The notes under the pieces were generated by a model that saw only the letters and a list, made by a program, of their open reading frames with translations, was not told where the DNA came from and made no database searches. A DNA stretch of 64,000 bases from Negaprion brevirostris (Eukaryota). Of this stretch, positions 50,200 to 63,403 are shown in pieces; position 1 is the first letter of the stretch; the number at the start of each line of letters is the position of its first letter. The DNA is taken from NCBI GenBank assembly GCA_030324005.1, contig JARDVH010000193.1, forward strand, positions 26,070,346 through 26,134,345, in the 5' to 3' direction. A program made the position numbers and the translations under genes.

Positions 50200-50695
50200 G
50201 TTATCCATCCACTGTTGCATAAGACAGGCCTCTGGTGCTCTGTATGCAAAGAGAAGGGAATACATTGATTTTGTTATTTCCAGAATCAGGAAGAGCAAGT
50301 TCACATCTTCAGTTGAACAACAAGCTTCCTCATGCTGCAGGATGTCATTGATTGCACGCACAGCACTATGTGGGCACATCTGCAAAGAGTTCCACTCCCT
50401 GAATCTCCAGCAGATCTGAGGGCATAATTCGATGCTTTCTGTCCTGATAGCAGTGGTGATGCCTTTACTCTGCACCAGTCTGTTGTATTATCAGTATTTG
50501 AGCTACCATGTCAAACCAGAGGGTGGCTGTTGGGTGCTAAGGGCTGTCTGCTAAACAGTGGACTCATGCCTCTGGCACACAACCAAAGTACACATGGACA
50601 GTGAATGCGCAACAGAACCATGTGACACATCAGCAGATCATTGATGTACTTAAACAGCATTTCCAAAGGGCTTGGTTTGCTATTGTCATTTCATT
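50200..50695 (+). mobile_element. PIF/Harbinger (HARBI1-like) DDE transposase fragment
   Basis: SIHCCIRQASGALYAKRREYIDF; QDVIDCTH; KEFHSLNLQ; PDSSGDAFTL; GWLLGAKG. Confidence 0.85.
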
Positions 50696-50739
50696 GCCTC
50701 AGTCAATACAGATGATCGACTTAGTTTCATTCCTTTTTG

Positions 50740-50945
50740 TGGACTTTGTACAAGTTTGATACAACTGAGTGAATTGCTAAGCCATTTCAGAGGGTATTTA
50801 AGAGTCAACCATATAGCTGTGGGTCTAGAGTCAAATGTAGGCCGGACCAGTGGATTTGCTTCCCAAATAGACATTAATGAACCACATGGGTTTTTATACC
50901 AATTGAAGTGGCTTCATGGTCACCATCACACAAACTTTTTCATTC
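50740..50945 (-). mobile_element. tRNA-derived SINE fragment (family-B LINE tail)
   Basis: GCCATTTCAGAGGG..AAGAGTCAACCA..GTGGGTCTAGAGTCA. Confidence 0.7.
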
Positions 50946-50964
50946 ACCTATGAATAATCTATAC

Positions 50965-51478
50965 CAACCACAATTCATAACACACGCTTGCCATTTCAAT
51001 TCCCCATCGTGTTCTCATGCTCACATTGGCTTGATACAATGTTCCCATGAAACTCAACACAAGCTGGAGGACTTGATAGATTTCTGGACTTAACATTAAG
51101 TTCAACAACNNNNNNNNNNNNNNNNNNNNNNNNNNNNNNNNNNNNNNNNNNNNNNNNNNNNNNNNNNCAGTCTGCATCATGTTCTCGTGTTTTTGCTATC
51201 AGACAGCACTGACCTTTATTTAGCTCTTAACACATTGCGTTATTTGCTTTCAGATAGCACTCAGCTTTATTCTGCTATTAATACCTACTCTTTAATACTA
51301 TCACCACCACTTCTTTTGCCTGTATTCCTTGAGATATTTGTAACTAAGTATCTCCTATCCTTCATCCTAAACCCTGGCCTCTTTTGTTTCATCTGCCCCT
51401 CACCCCTTTTCAATGGCATAAACCCATAATTTTCTTACTTCTCTGAGGAAGAGTCATACTGGATTCAAAATGTTTTCA
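50965..51478 (+). mobile_element. Penelope-like element 3' end
   Basis: CTTGCCATTTCAAT..CAAGCTGGAGGA GIY-YIG end, and degenerate hammerhead CTGAGGA-A-GAGTC..GATTC-AAAAT-GTT at 51443. Confidence 0.75.
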
Positions 51479-52587
51479 ACATTACCTAATTCTGCTCAAG
51501 TTAAGTGTAGTCACACTTGCAAAATGCAGCACTCCTGTCAGATGTTTCCTTGTGCTGCCATTGCGTTATGTAGTTGAGCAAGTTTTATCCAGATCAAATG
51601 AACTCTTAAGTACCTTATAATATAGGTATAATGAGGTGTTTTACACATGGCGGCAGGTTCCAGATTTTGGAGTTCACCATTTATGACAGACTAATGTGAT
51701 GATGTCAGATTTATGACCCAAAGTCAGCATCTGGACTTCATGCATGGATGGGAGTATGGCAATTCTGCGGTGTAAAATTCAACCCATAAAATATACCGTG
51801 AAATGGAACTGTTTCAGAAAAAATGCACTTAGCCTTTTCTTTATTTTAGGTTTTCAGCAATCACCTGGAAGATTCTGCTTTTGACTGGAGATGTATTAAG
51901 TGTCGATTAAACTGCCACTAACTGCCTTCAGTGGCCTAGTTTACAAGAATCTCCAAGCAAGCGGAAGGTGCGATATGCAGTCTCTGGAATCTACAGTTCA
52001 GCACTAATGGTTCAGCTAAGCCTGAGGATAGAATTAATCATGTGTTAGAATTTTTGTTACTGTTTATTATGTTGACATTGAAGCAAACATAGTTTCTGGC
52101 AATGCTATTAACCTAATTCAATGGATAAGTACATGCAAAATTAAAGGTAAAAGCAAAGCAAGAGTGAACAAAATAAGTGGCACACTGGTCCCACAAAACT
52201 GTGTGTATTTTGCCTTTTTTGCTCATTTATCCTCCCCACTGAACAAGTTCAGAATTCCAATTAACATTATTTGTCAGAAACAACTTATGTTCTTACATCA
52301 AGCCAAAGCTTATTCGCAACAACCTAACTCTGTCATGTAACCAAGTGGATTCGAAGTCTCGATAAACACTTCAGGAATTTAACAGTCTGAATAACACTTT
52401 CTGGTTTAGGTATTAAGAACTTGAGATGCGGAGAAGGAAAAATTGCAGACTTTATTGAACCTTGTCAGGTTGTGGATTGGTCTGCATCATTCGGCCCAGT
52501 TATATTTCATTGACTGCCTTTCTCGATGTATTGTTAACCTACAGATTACTAAGTAAACTGTGGGAAAGAGTTAGGTGTTATTCATAT

Positions 52588-53390
52588 TGTGATGTTAGTG
52601 TCCTTTTAAGAGATTTTTTTAAGATCTTGATCTCTGCAACTCACAGCCTGAGGTGATGTCAGTGGTGGGAGGAAAAATAGAAAAAAAAACTGTGACAGTC
52701 ATGGGACAAGGGTTGTTTTTAGTTTTGTTTTGCCTGTAGTGTTAGAAGCATATGTGAAAAAAGTCTCACTCTGTTTTTGTTTTGAAAGTTTTACCAGTTA
52801 GCTGAAAGCATATCGTGTTTGCCATCCTGCAGTAAAGAATCTCGGTGTAGTGTTTTGAAGACTACAAGCTGCTCTGAATTTTCAAGATCATCTGAAATCA
52901 GCATTTAATCTGAGGAACTGGGTTCGAGTATTAACTGAGTTTTAGCCTGATTAGTGATAAGCCTGTTTAAAGGATGTTGTTTATTGGACTTCGGTTTTAA
53001 TTGGAACATATTAAAGATATTCATCAAGAGTTATACATTATACTTTTTTTTTGTTTCTTGTTTGTAATTAATAAAAGTTCTTGCTAATTTTCTTACTGTA
53101 CGTAACAACTATACTCTTAAATAAACTTTTTTTGATAAAAGCTCCCTAGTGGTTCATTTNNNNNNNNNNNNNNNNNNNNNNNNNNNNNNNNNNNNNNNNN
53201 NNNNNNNNNNNNNNNNNNNNNNNNNNNNNNNNNNNNNNNNNNNNNNNNNNNNNNNNNNNTGATAAAAGCTCCCTAGTGGGTCATTTGAATCATACCTGAA
53301 GTGCTTATCTCAGCCAAATTCAAGGTGCAAAACTTATGATTCAGGTGGGCTTCATTAAACACTTTGGAGTTTCTGACCTGAACCATTACA
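52588..53390 (+). mobile_element. Solo LTR (Gypsy-type)
   Basis: TGTGATG...CATTACA with 4-bp target duplication ATAT/ATAC and AATAAA signals. A gap lies inside. Confidence 0.7.
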
Positions 53391-54554
53391 ATACAAAATA
53401 AGAATCAATTGTAAATTTGTACTGCTTTCAAGTTACTTCAAATATTATAATGGACTGTGATAATGTGCTCAGCCAGAGGAATAAATTAACTCAATTAATT
53501 TTCTAATTTAACTTCTATACTTTGTCTAAATATGATGGTTTTCTGATGAGTAAAGTTGTGATCTTTAAGTGTTTAATATAATTGCATAATTTATTGTCAT
53601 TCCAAACAAAGATACTTATAATTTTATCAGTTTAGTTATTGGTTCCCATGTCTTAGAATATTTACATTAGATATGATCTCAAATTTGCACTGAGCTTGGA
53701 AATAAATGACATAACCAAGTCTGAAATATGTTTTTCTAATTAGGGTGGAGTCAATAGAATTATAGGTCATTTCAAGGGCAACAATATAGAATTAATTCTA
53801 AAGCAGGAGTTTGGCGTACTTTAGGAAAAAGTTGCCAAGTTATGTCAATAGCCTAATGTCATGGTATCCAAAATGGTAGCCAATGGGACAGTTGCTAATT
53901 AATCTAGTCTTTGAAGCCAGGCAACTCAGTTATTTGGTACTTAGATTATTTGGCAGTTCACATGTGACTGGAGTTTTGCAAAGACCTATTCCTCATGTTG
54001 TTGCCCCAAAGATGCATAAATCTTGCAAAAGTTCTACCAACAACTTGGAATATATGCAAAATAAATGATGATCTAATCTGTGTGTGTTTCCTGTGTTTTT
54101 GCGGAAATAACCTAAATAGCCCATAAAACTTTCGAAATCTTTCGCTGCCTGTCTAATTAGCCCCAGAAAAAGAATTCTCTACAAAGTGATCCTTCTGACC
54201 TTATCGATTTACAGACCTCTTCCTTATGCAATTGATTTTTTCTCTTGCTCCTAATAAACTATTCATTTGTAATATCTTTTAATGCAAGTTTGAGAGTCTG
54301 AAATAGTAACTTACCCTTTCTCTTTTCTTCACAGATCTCCCTGATCTGCTCGGCATTTCAAGCATTTCAGTATTTGCATGGGTTCATTTCGCATTTCCAG
54401 TATTTGCCCTATTTTCCCTCGAGTTTATCTGGACTTACAAGTTCTGCGAATGTTATAGATACTTAGTGAAATCCAGAAACAAGAAAGCATCATGGTATTT
54501 TTTTCCCTTAAAGGCTTCCACTAGCTTTTCTATGAAGAAACAGAAGACTATGGA

Positions 54555-54823
54555 AGGCACAGTGGTTAGCACTGCTGCTTCACAGGGACCTGGGCTCGAT
54601 TTCCAGTTTGGGTCACTGTCTGTGTGATGTTTACACATTCTCCCTGTGTCTGCATGGGTTTCCTCCAGGTGCTCTAGTTTTCTCCCACATTCTGAAAGAT
54701 GTGCTGGTTAGGTGCATTGACCCGAACAGTGCTGGGCTGTGGCAATTAGGGGAATTTCACACTAACTTCATTGCAGTGTTAATGTAAGCCTTACTTGTAC
54801 CTAATAAATAAACTTTAACTTTA
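54555..54823 (+). mobile_element. V-SINE, alternative-tail subfamily
   Basis: Head and V-domain as HE1, tail ..AATGTAAGCCTTACTTGT..AATAAATAAACTTTAACTTT. Confidence 0.9.
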
Positions 54824-55399
54824 AGACGAGCAAGTTTCAGGACAAAATGCTTTTGAACTTTCTTTGTCTTACATTTTTAAATGTTAAATATTTTTGAGTC
54901 TGCTTCATCATTTCCAGCCTGCATTTTCCCAGAAAATTTAACTAAGCTTGCAGTGCATCCTGGAGAGCTTTCTAAAGTTTGAGTTTCTTGGTTTTATCAT
55001 GTTCTTTACCTTTAAAAAGTGGCAAAATAACATGTTACAATGAAAGCAGGGATTTATTTGAACAATAAATTATATTTTAAAAACTGAATGGCCATGTGTT
55101 CCATGCTGACATTTACCATCTTTCTCCTTGTGCACTTACCCCAACAATAATCCAGATGTTACAAGTGAATGCACACTAACGTGGCCAAACAGGTTGATTT
55201 TTAGCCTGTAAATCCTTCCAATGGCAGGCAGTAAGAGGGGGAAGGCTTCCTAGTTAGCCATAGTGCTGAAGGCAATGGCAAACGATTGCAGTACTCTGCA
55301 AGTACAATCATGGAGAAATTCAATGGACATCCATGGTTGCCAATGCCCTTTAGGACATGGTGCCTGAAGGTGGAGGAAGAGCTCTGCAGTGCAGTTCAA

Positions 55400-55752
55400 A
55401 AACACCTCTTCAGAAATACTCATTCTTGTTTTCAAATGTCTTCATGACCTTGTCCCTCCTTACTTCTATAATCTCTTCCTACACCACGTCTTACCAATAT
55501 ATTTGCAATGCTTATTTCTGGCCTATTCTATATCCTAGATTTTAATTGTTCTACTGTTCATAATCTTGTCTTCAGCTGCCTGGATTTTTGATATGGCATT
55601 TCTTTCCAATGCACCTCTCTCTTCCTTTATGATACTTCTATCCCACTTGTCCCATTACTGCCTTTGGTGACTTGGTGTCAAACTTTGTTCATCCCATTCC
55701 TGTGAAGTGCCTTGGAATATTTTATTAAGTTAAAAGTAAGCCATTGCTGTTG
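55400..55752 (+). mobile_element. L2 LINE 3' end, decayed
   Basis: Homologous to 43950-44330. Confidence 0.7.
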
Positions 55753-55924
55753 CATCAATTAGTTTTGCCTTCTGCAGAGGAATTGCAACAAACTCCCTTT
55801 TGCATCAGTGACTGAGCTGATACCACAGCCTGCTCTGTATTCACTCAATGGTTGGTGTCACAAGCACTTCAGCTGCTGCTCTTGGCAGAAAGTTTGCAGA
55901 TATTTTATTATACCCTTGATGGAG

Positions 55925-56132
55925 AGATGGTGACAATAATCCAGAAACCCAGGTTAATGCTATGGGGAGCATGCATTCAAATCCCACCATAAAAACTGGT
56001 GGAATTTAAATTCAACTAAGGAATCTGGAATTGAAAACTGGTCACAGTGATGGTGACTGTGAAACTATCGTTAAAAAAAATTCTGTTATCTTTAGGGAAG
56101 GAAATCCACCATCCCCCTTACCTGGTCTAGCC
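55925..56132 (+). mobile_element. tRNA-derived SINE 5' part (family-B LINE tail family)
   Basis: TTCAAATCCCACCA..GGAATTTAAATTCAA..TTTAGGGAAGGAAATCC. Confidence 0.75.
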
Positions 56133-56388
56133 CATCATGCAAACCAGCCTCCCATCCACTGGGTCTGTCTACACTTCCCACTGCTCAGGAAAGCAGCCAG
56201 CACAATTAAGGACTCCATGCACCCTGGACATTCCCTCTTCCACCTTCTTCCATCAGGAAAAAAGATACAAAAGTCTGAGGTCAGACTTGCCCTGCTGCCA
56301 TCAGACTTTTGAATGGACCTATCTCGCACTAAGTTGATCTTTCTTGAAACCCTAGCTATGACTGTAACACTGCATTCTGCACTCTCAT
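56133..56388 (+). mobile_element. Rex1/Babar LINE 3' end
   Basis: QTSLPS..RKAASTIKDSMHPGHSLFHLLPSGK. Confidence 0.85.
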
Positions 56389-58387
56389 NNNNNNNNNNNN
56401 NNNNNNNNNNNNNNNNNNNNNNNNNNNNNNNNNNNNNNNNNNNNNNNNNNNNNNNNNNNNNNNNNNNNNNNNNNNNNNNNNNNNNNNNCAACAGACGTTA
56501 AACTAACCGGCCTATAATTCCCTGCCTTTTGCCTGCCACCCTTCTTAAACAACGGCGTAACATTATCATCTTAGATGTGTCAGATTAATATTTCTTGCAA
56601 TACAGCGAAACACAGTAACTAACCCAGAGGCTTCTGTCAGCAGGAGGATTTTTACATGCTCAGAATCAAGTCGGCCCATTCTTAGCATGCATTTCAATTG
56701 CTTTCCCCTCAATATTTTGAGTAAGTTAACACTTTTTTTTTCATTTGCTAATGCACAAGATGAAGAAGATTACAGTTGAAATAGAAAAAAGAAGCTTCCA
56801 TAACAAGATTTCTGGTTTCAAACAATTTGGCCATTCAGGAGTATTATGAGTCAGGGTGATCAGGTACACAAATTTTTAAAATGTCAACTACCAATGGATT
56901 TTCTGATTTTTAATATTAATAACATTTACCTGAGAGATTAGTAGTAGTAAGATAATGGCTTTGCTGAGCTGAAGATGATCCTACCAAAAGGTACATGCGG
57001 ACGTGGGGAGCAATCAAAGAAAGTAACATTTTTAATCATAGAAAATCTATTGGTGGCAGCAGAACTGATAACAATTATTTAGGGCATACATGTGCCAGCA
57101 ATGGATGACTGGGATATTTAAAATCCCATCAGAATGAAGCATTTTTCCTCACTTGAGCACGTACCAGCCTCATAAATGACAAGAGAGGGTAGTCATTAAA
57201 TAAAGCTGCACCAACATTTCTGAATGTGCATTTAAATTAATATCCTGCTCAAGTTTATACAGTGCAATAGAGATTTTACAGTAATTTTCTTGCTGATTGC
57301 TTTGAAGTGCACATTAATCACCAGGACATGCCTTTTGACAACAGTTACCTGAGGAGTGCAGCAGTGATGTAAGTCATGCAGCTATCCTAATATTTCACTA
57401 GGCTGTATTTAGCAGCATCGTAGTATATTATATCTATTCAGCAATAAATTATATTGGAGCACAAAGTTCCTTTGGTACAATTTTTAGGCTAAATGATTTA
57501 AAGCCCTTCATTATAAGTGGCAACAAGAAGGCTCTGAACTATTAAACATAAATTATATCATGTTATAAATTAAAATGCCTCATGTGCATTGCGCTATTCG
57601 ATTTTTAATATTAATCAATAATAAAAACAGAACTGTCATCTACCAGTTTTATGCAGATAAATTGATTTTAACCAGTTACAAAATACAACACCATATTTAC
57701 TGATGCATTACATTGTTATTACATCATAAATTTTAGCAGAGGTTGTAGTGGGTATAAACCTATTTACAGCCACATGCAACTTTTATCTGAATCAGATGGG
57801 CTGAAAGACAATGGTCCAACCACATCAAAACTAACATCCCCAAAGTACTTCAAACAATGAGTCAAATGTGTTGAGCAAAGAAAGTGTGGTATGCAAAGAC
57901 CAAACTTCTTTCATTGCAGCCGCACATGAAAGGACAATAGCTGGTAACAATTATGGACCAGGCTTAAAAGAATGAGAATCTATTCAATTATATAAAAGTA
58001 TACCCGTACTCTGCATCTGTGAGTCACAGCTGTTATGTATGAACTGAACTTAAGTGTTGTGTGTGCAATAACTAAAATAACTCCAAAGCTGTGATCAATC
58101 AACAGGAAGAAAGAATAGTTAAACAGTTTGCTTGACAAAAAACAATATGACACAAATCTGAATTAAGGAGGAAGTAAAAGGTCTTTAAATTGCAAACATT
58201 CTGCATTATAATTGAAACGTTCCACTCAGTGTTTGTATTGCTGAGTCCTTCCGAGGCAAATTCAGCATTTTAAGATATCTTTGTGTAAATACAATACACG
58301 GTTTTAGTTCTTTCAAATCTGTAACATAAACTGATCCCATATGTGTACATACTGCCATTTTCTGGTTCTAGTTAGCATTCAAAACCT

Positions 58388-58453
58388 CTTCAATTTTTAA
58401 TTATTTGCTTAATCAGTCTTCAGTTTTTAATTATTTGCTTAATTAGCCTTCAG
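58388..58453. repeat. 30-bp tandem duplication
   Basis: CTTCA(A/G)TTTTTAATTATTTGCTTAAT(C/T)AG(T/C) occurs twice. Confidence 0.9.
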
Positions 58454-58699
58454 TGTGAATGGAAAACCTTTTCTCAGAAAATCTGCCCGATTCATCTATT
58501 GCATCACTGTTATTAACTTTGCTTCCAATTTCTATGCTTGTATTTCACATGATCCAACATAACGCATTCTTTTCCATTCTCTGCTTCTCCAACCCCATTT
58601 CTGGGGCTAGGTTTTCAACCACTTCTTTCATTAGTGTGCGTTCTGTCTGAAAGCACATGTTTAGCTCACTGCTGATGCATTGTCCTGAGATGTTGAGCT

Positions 58700-58882
58700 T
58701 GGTGGTCTGCTGCTGAGCTTGATGGTTTTTATCAGTGTGATTTACCACTGCCTTACACTCTCAGGATAGGAAAAGGAGGCAGGTCCCAAGTTCATTTCAG
58801 CTGGAACAGGAACCAAATCTGCATTGTTAGCACTATTCTGAATCACATGCAAGTATCCAGGCAACTGAACTAACTGGCCCCT
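58700..58882 (-). mobile_element. Old tRNA-derived SINE fragment
   Basis: Reverse reads GGGGCCAGTTAGTTCAGTTG.. as a tRNA-like head. Confidence 0.45.
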
Positions 58883-59039
58883 TTGGCAACCAATATCTAT
58901 TATAAATCCCAAAGCTGTTATGATTGCACTTCCTTCCAGCTTGCTTCCTGAAAGGGCTCAGTTCCATTATCCCAATCTCTCTGTCAGTTCTTCCAACATC
59001 AATTCCTTTTCCCTCAACTTATGATTTCCTTCACTATGA

Positions 59040-59290
59040 ATTCCCTGCACTGTGGTCATCGGATCCCTCTACCATGTTTGTCCATTTCCCATCTTCTCCT
59101 CTTACCATCTTCATCTAAGAACCACAGTGAGATTCATCTTGTCCTAACCTTCCACCCATCTAGCCTTATATTCAAGCGATAATTTTTGCTACCTCTGGTA
59201 TGAGGCCACCACCAAACACAACTGCTGCTTCCTGCCTTTTTCAGATTTTGAACTGACTGTTCCCTCTATGGGTTTGGTTAATTTCCTGCT
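59040..59290 (+). mobile_element. Penelope-like fragment
   Basis: IHLVLTFHPSSL motif. Confidence 0.6.
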
Positions 59291-60987
59291 AGAAATGAAT
59301 TTCTTTGCCACCCAGGTGGTGACACAGAAAGACTGTGGTAATGTATGGCTATGAGTGAATCTTATTTGTATAGGACGTGCATTGTAACACCATCTTCCCA
59401 GTCCCTGGCCACCCTTGTGAGCCTGCAAAAAATCTTCATGCATTTTGTGGTACTTCTTTACTAACTGTAAATTTCCCTGTTGGCTTCAACGTGTAGCATT
59501 GGCACCCTCTCTTCCGCTCTCAATCCCTCAGAATCTTTTCCATACACCATCCAGAAAAAAAAAGACTGATCTAAGACAGAAAACAGGAGACTATCTACAA
59601 TTGATTCCACTTATGGATCTGCTCCCAAAAAAAAATAAAGTATAAATTCCTCAAACAGGAACAGCAGCACAAGTTCCTTTTCTTGCCCTCAGTGTTAATT
59701 TAACAGTGAGTGATGTGACTATTTGTAATCCAGCTCATGTTAAAACTAGGATTCCTTAATAGAAAATGATTGGTTAGCAGGAGAATCATGATGTTAAGTA
59801 ACCTGTCAATCAACAGTAGATGCTGCCCAGTAAATCCTTGACAACTTTTACTGTGCACAACAAATTAAACTCTTTAGAAATTCATTCTGGTTTTAAAAAC
59901 GTGAGTTATAGTAGGCGAAAAGGAATTCAATAGATACTAACGTAACATTGAGTGACAGATAGTTAAGGTTCCAAACAGCAAGAAATTCAACACCAGTGCA
60001 AGATATTATTTTGGATCTGGATGTACGCTTAATCCTATTTGACAAAAATGCCTGTATGTGAATAGGCACTGACCAACACAATGTGCATTTGCAAATTGAT
60101 TTTCATATTATGCGCCATAACTCATTTCCCTCGGGAAAAGTTATATATGATAATACAGTCAATGTTTTCAAAGACATGTATCCAGTTTAACAATGAATAA
60201 TTATGCAGGTTATTAGTTTACATTTAATTGTAAAAAGCAATTTTCAAATCAATCAATTCTGTAAATTAGCAAATATAACATACACGTGGGATTGATCCTC
60301 AGGGGCCTCGGTAAGTCATAACTGTCCAGCTTGAACTTACATTTGAAGGCCATCCTTTAATCCCCATTATCTTGGCAAGTTATGATCCAGTGTCTTCCTT
60401 GGTTCCATTAGCTTTTAGTTCAGTTACAAATTGTTTATAAGCAACTTTTAAAAGCAATACTTTTTTAAAAAATTGACGATATGAGGAATTATCTTATTAA
60501 CTTCCATTTACTAATCCTTACACTCTCAAAAAAATGCAATTGATTATTTTCATTATGACTTTTTTTCAGCTTTTTGTTGCCTTTGATTCACTGCTGTTAC
60601 GATGTTTTTAATTGTACCTTTTTGAAAGGGCGCAACAGTCCGACCACTAGGATTACTAGTTTAAAAAGCTTGCAATTTCTTGGATCATTTCTGCATGTTT
60701 CTGCAAAATAGAACAATATTTTACTGCTTCACAGTTATCTAATATTTCATTGTTTTCAAGAATTCAAATCTTTTTGGAGCAAGAAGTAAATCAGCTAAAT
60801 AGAGTGAAAAACAGCATAAAATAAAGCAGAAACAGATGATAAATGGAAAATGTCTGGTTGTTTGCAATGATTAGTGGAGTCCTACAGGATTCTATCCAAG
60901 AACACAGCTGTTCACAGTATTCCTAAATCATTTGTAAGAGAATATGTCTGGTAAATGATGACATTTATGGAGAATAAAGAAAATAAA

Positions 60988-61742
60988 TACTTACATTTAT
61001 ATAGCACCATTCAATGCTCCTGGATATTCTAAAGAGAGTTACAACCAACTGAACATTTTGTTTCAAGGGGGGATCACTGTTGTAATGTAGAAAATTCAGC
61101 AGCTAATTGGCTCATTTCAGGATCCCACAAACATCAGTGCAATATTGACCAGATGACCCATATAATTTTGAGTGTGAAGGAATAAATATTTGTCAGGACA
61201 CTGAGGAGAACTGTTTTGATCTTCAGGTGGCATAGTGGCACAGCTGCCTCACAGCTTCAAGTACCTAGGGCAATTCCAGCCTCGGGTGACTATGTGTATG
61301 GAGTTTGCACGTTGTCCCTGTGTCTGCATGGGTTTCCTCTGGTTGCTCTAGTTTCTTCCCAAACTCCAAAGATGTGTGGGTTAGGTGGATTAGCCAAGCT
61401 AAATTGCCCCTTAGTGTAAGGGAAATTAGCAGGGTATATATGTGGAGTTATGGGGATAGCGGCTGGCTGGGATTGTTGTTATGCAGGCTCAATGGGCCGA
61501 ATGAACTCCTACTGCACTGTAGGGATCCTTTGATTTATACAAATATTGCCAAGCAATTTCTCCTCTCCATCTGAAAGGGAATGCAGGGTCTTTCTTTAAC
61601 ATCTGATCCTAAAAAAAGTGCATCTCAGGTAGCCTAGCATCCCCACTGTTCTGCACTGGAGCATCAGCCTGAATATGTGAAACAGTATTTGAACCTACCA
61701 CCTTTCCAACTCAGTGGCTAGCGTGCTATCATTTAGCCATGG
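60988..61742 (-). mobile_element. Deu-domain SINE with nested HE1 insertion
   Basis: Reversed L2-type tail at 60988, Deu core on both sides of 61226-61530 and head at ~61690-61742. Confidence 0.65.
61226..61530 (+). mobile_element. HE1-type V-SINE
   Basis: Head, V-domain and CR1 tail ATGGGCCGAATGA. Confidence 0.85.
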
Positions 61743-62029
61743 CGGACTCCAAGAGGAAATTAGATTCAAAATCTACCTGAACCAATATAGCAGGTCAATT
61801 ACAAAAATGTAGATGTAAATGAAGGAAGTGCATAATGGCATAGAGAACATCCAGGTTGTCTCAATAAAGAATTGTTGCCCAGGAAATATGCAATGGGAAA
61901 TTTATTTGGATGTGGCTGGATATTTAGCTCCAGTAATCGTATTTTGCTTAATGTGCTGTTTTAGGACATGTGCAATACAGTCCGCTATGTCAGCAATGTA
62001 GTGTTGTTGTGCTGCAGTGCAAATCATAA

Positions 62030-63403
62030 AGAATCTCGATAGCCTTTCTGGCATGAGCTAGGCAGGAGGCAAGTGAGTGGCCATTCATCAAACTCTGTAC
62101 CATCTGTCAGTTCCATCATACATTTTGTGGCATCATCCACTTCTCGTACTCCTGTTTCCTAACAAATGTCCTGATAAACTGAGAGATCAGCTACCATTGG
62201 CAGTGGGTTTTCAGGTTCCAAATCACCCCCTGATCCATAGTCTGGAGCTTTGCTGTCATGTTGAGGAGTAAGGACAATTTCACACTGTTCTGGCCAGCAA
62301 CATCAGGATGTGTGGGACAGCTGTCTGTAATGATGGCAATCTTCCTTTTCCTTTGTTGAATTGGTTTGTTCACTTTCCTGATCCACACCAAAAAATTCTG
62401 GGAGTCATCCATGCAATTTTGTGTGCCTCAGGCTGTGTGGATAGTACCACTACATGTGTTCCTTGGACTTACCTATTAAAAGAAACAGCAGCTTTTCAGT
62501 GCCATCCATTTTGCTGAAGACCATAGCAGTGATGTGTTCCCTGCTTCGCTTTCCTCCATTACATGTTTCACCTTCAAACATCAAAGAGTGGTTGGCAAAA
62601 GACAGTAAAACATTTCAGTTTTATCCACCTTAAAAATATTTCATGGTGCATACTGTGGATAAGATCATACAGGAGCCAATCACCTATCATTGTTATGTAA
62701 CTGCCGTATCCTCACCAACAGTGAGGAAGACAATTTCATCCATGCCTGGTCTTGAATCCATCCAGCCCTCGATCACTCAGGTAAACTCCATGTGGTCTAG
62801 CTTCTTTGCAAGGGTGATTCCCCTTCCTTTTAGGATTGGAACAGTGATAGAAGATTCTCTGCTCAGGTTGCCTTGAACTATCTTACGAGAGTTTCTTAAT
62901 GTAAGGATAGGCAGCTGTTCTCATCCTCCCCGAAGCAAGTTTCTTTTTGTCGAACTGTTCCAAGATGTTCACCTTGTGTTTCATAATAGTGGACAAACTT
63001 GACGACATGATCTCCTATTCCTTTACAATGTCTGCTTTCCACTACATGCCACGGATTCCTACTTGCTGCATCAGTTCCACTTTCTCTCCAAATGGCAACA
63101 TGTTGAACTTTCTCACAGGTTTAACCATACTCTCAGATTTTGCACTTTTTTCCCCCACAGGAAAATCTTTTTGTCAACTGATGTCTTGCCCAGCAATTGA
63201 TAATCTTATGCTATTGTGTGGTTTAAATCTGCTCTGATTCATGAGAGGTTTAGATACATTCAGCTAATCCAGTTTTACTAGTGTTGAATTTCAGCTTATC
63301 ACAGGCATCCACCATTATCAATAGGATTTGCTACTCTGCCAGTGGGAATAACATAATCAGAATTTCATGTCATCCAAATCTGAGTCATTGCGATTTCACT
63401 GTA
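62030..63403 (-). mobile_element. Tigger/pogo (Tc1-mariner superfamily) transposase relic
   Basis: CENP-B HTH EGWMD/FKTRHG; VDKTEMFYCLLP; GETCNGGKRSREHIT..DGTEKL..IGKSK; RKIAIITDSCPTHP..TAKLQTMDQGVIWNLK. A TA|CAGTG end lies at ~63401. Confidence 0.9.

Noticed and set aside
51851-51968. Strong + strand acceptor (CTTTTCTTTATTTTAG) with a downstream GT
   Set aside because: All three frames hit stops. At most a non-coding exon, and it is unsupported.
53133-53287. Direct repeat TGATAAAAGCTCCCTAGTGG.TCATTT on both sides of an N gap
   Set aside because: Most likely an unmerged contig overlap (assembly artefact).
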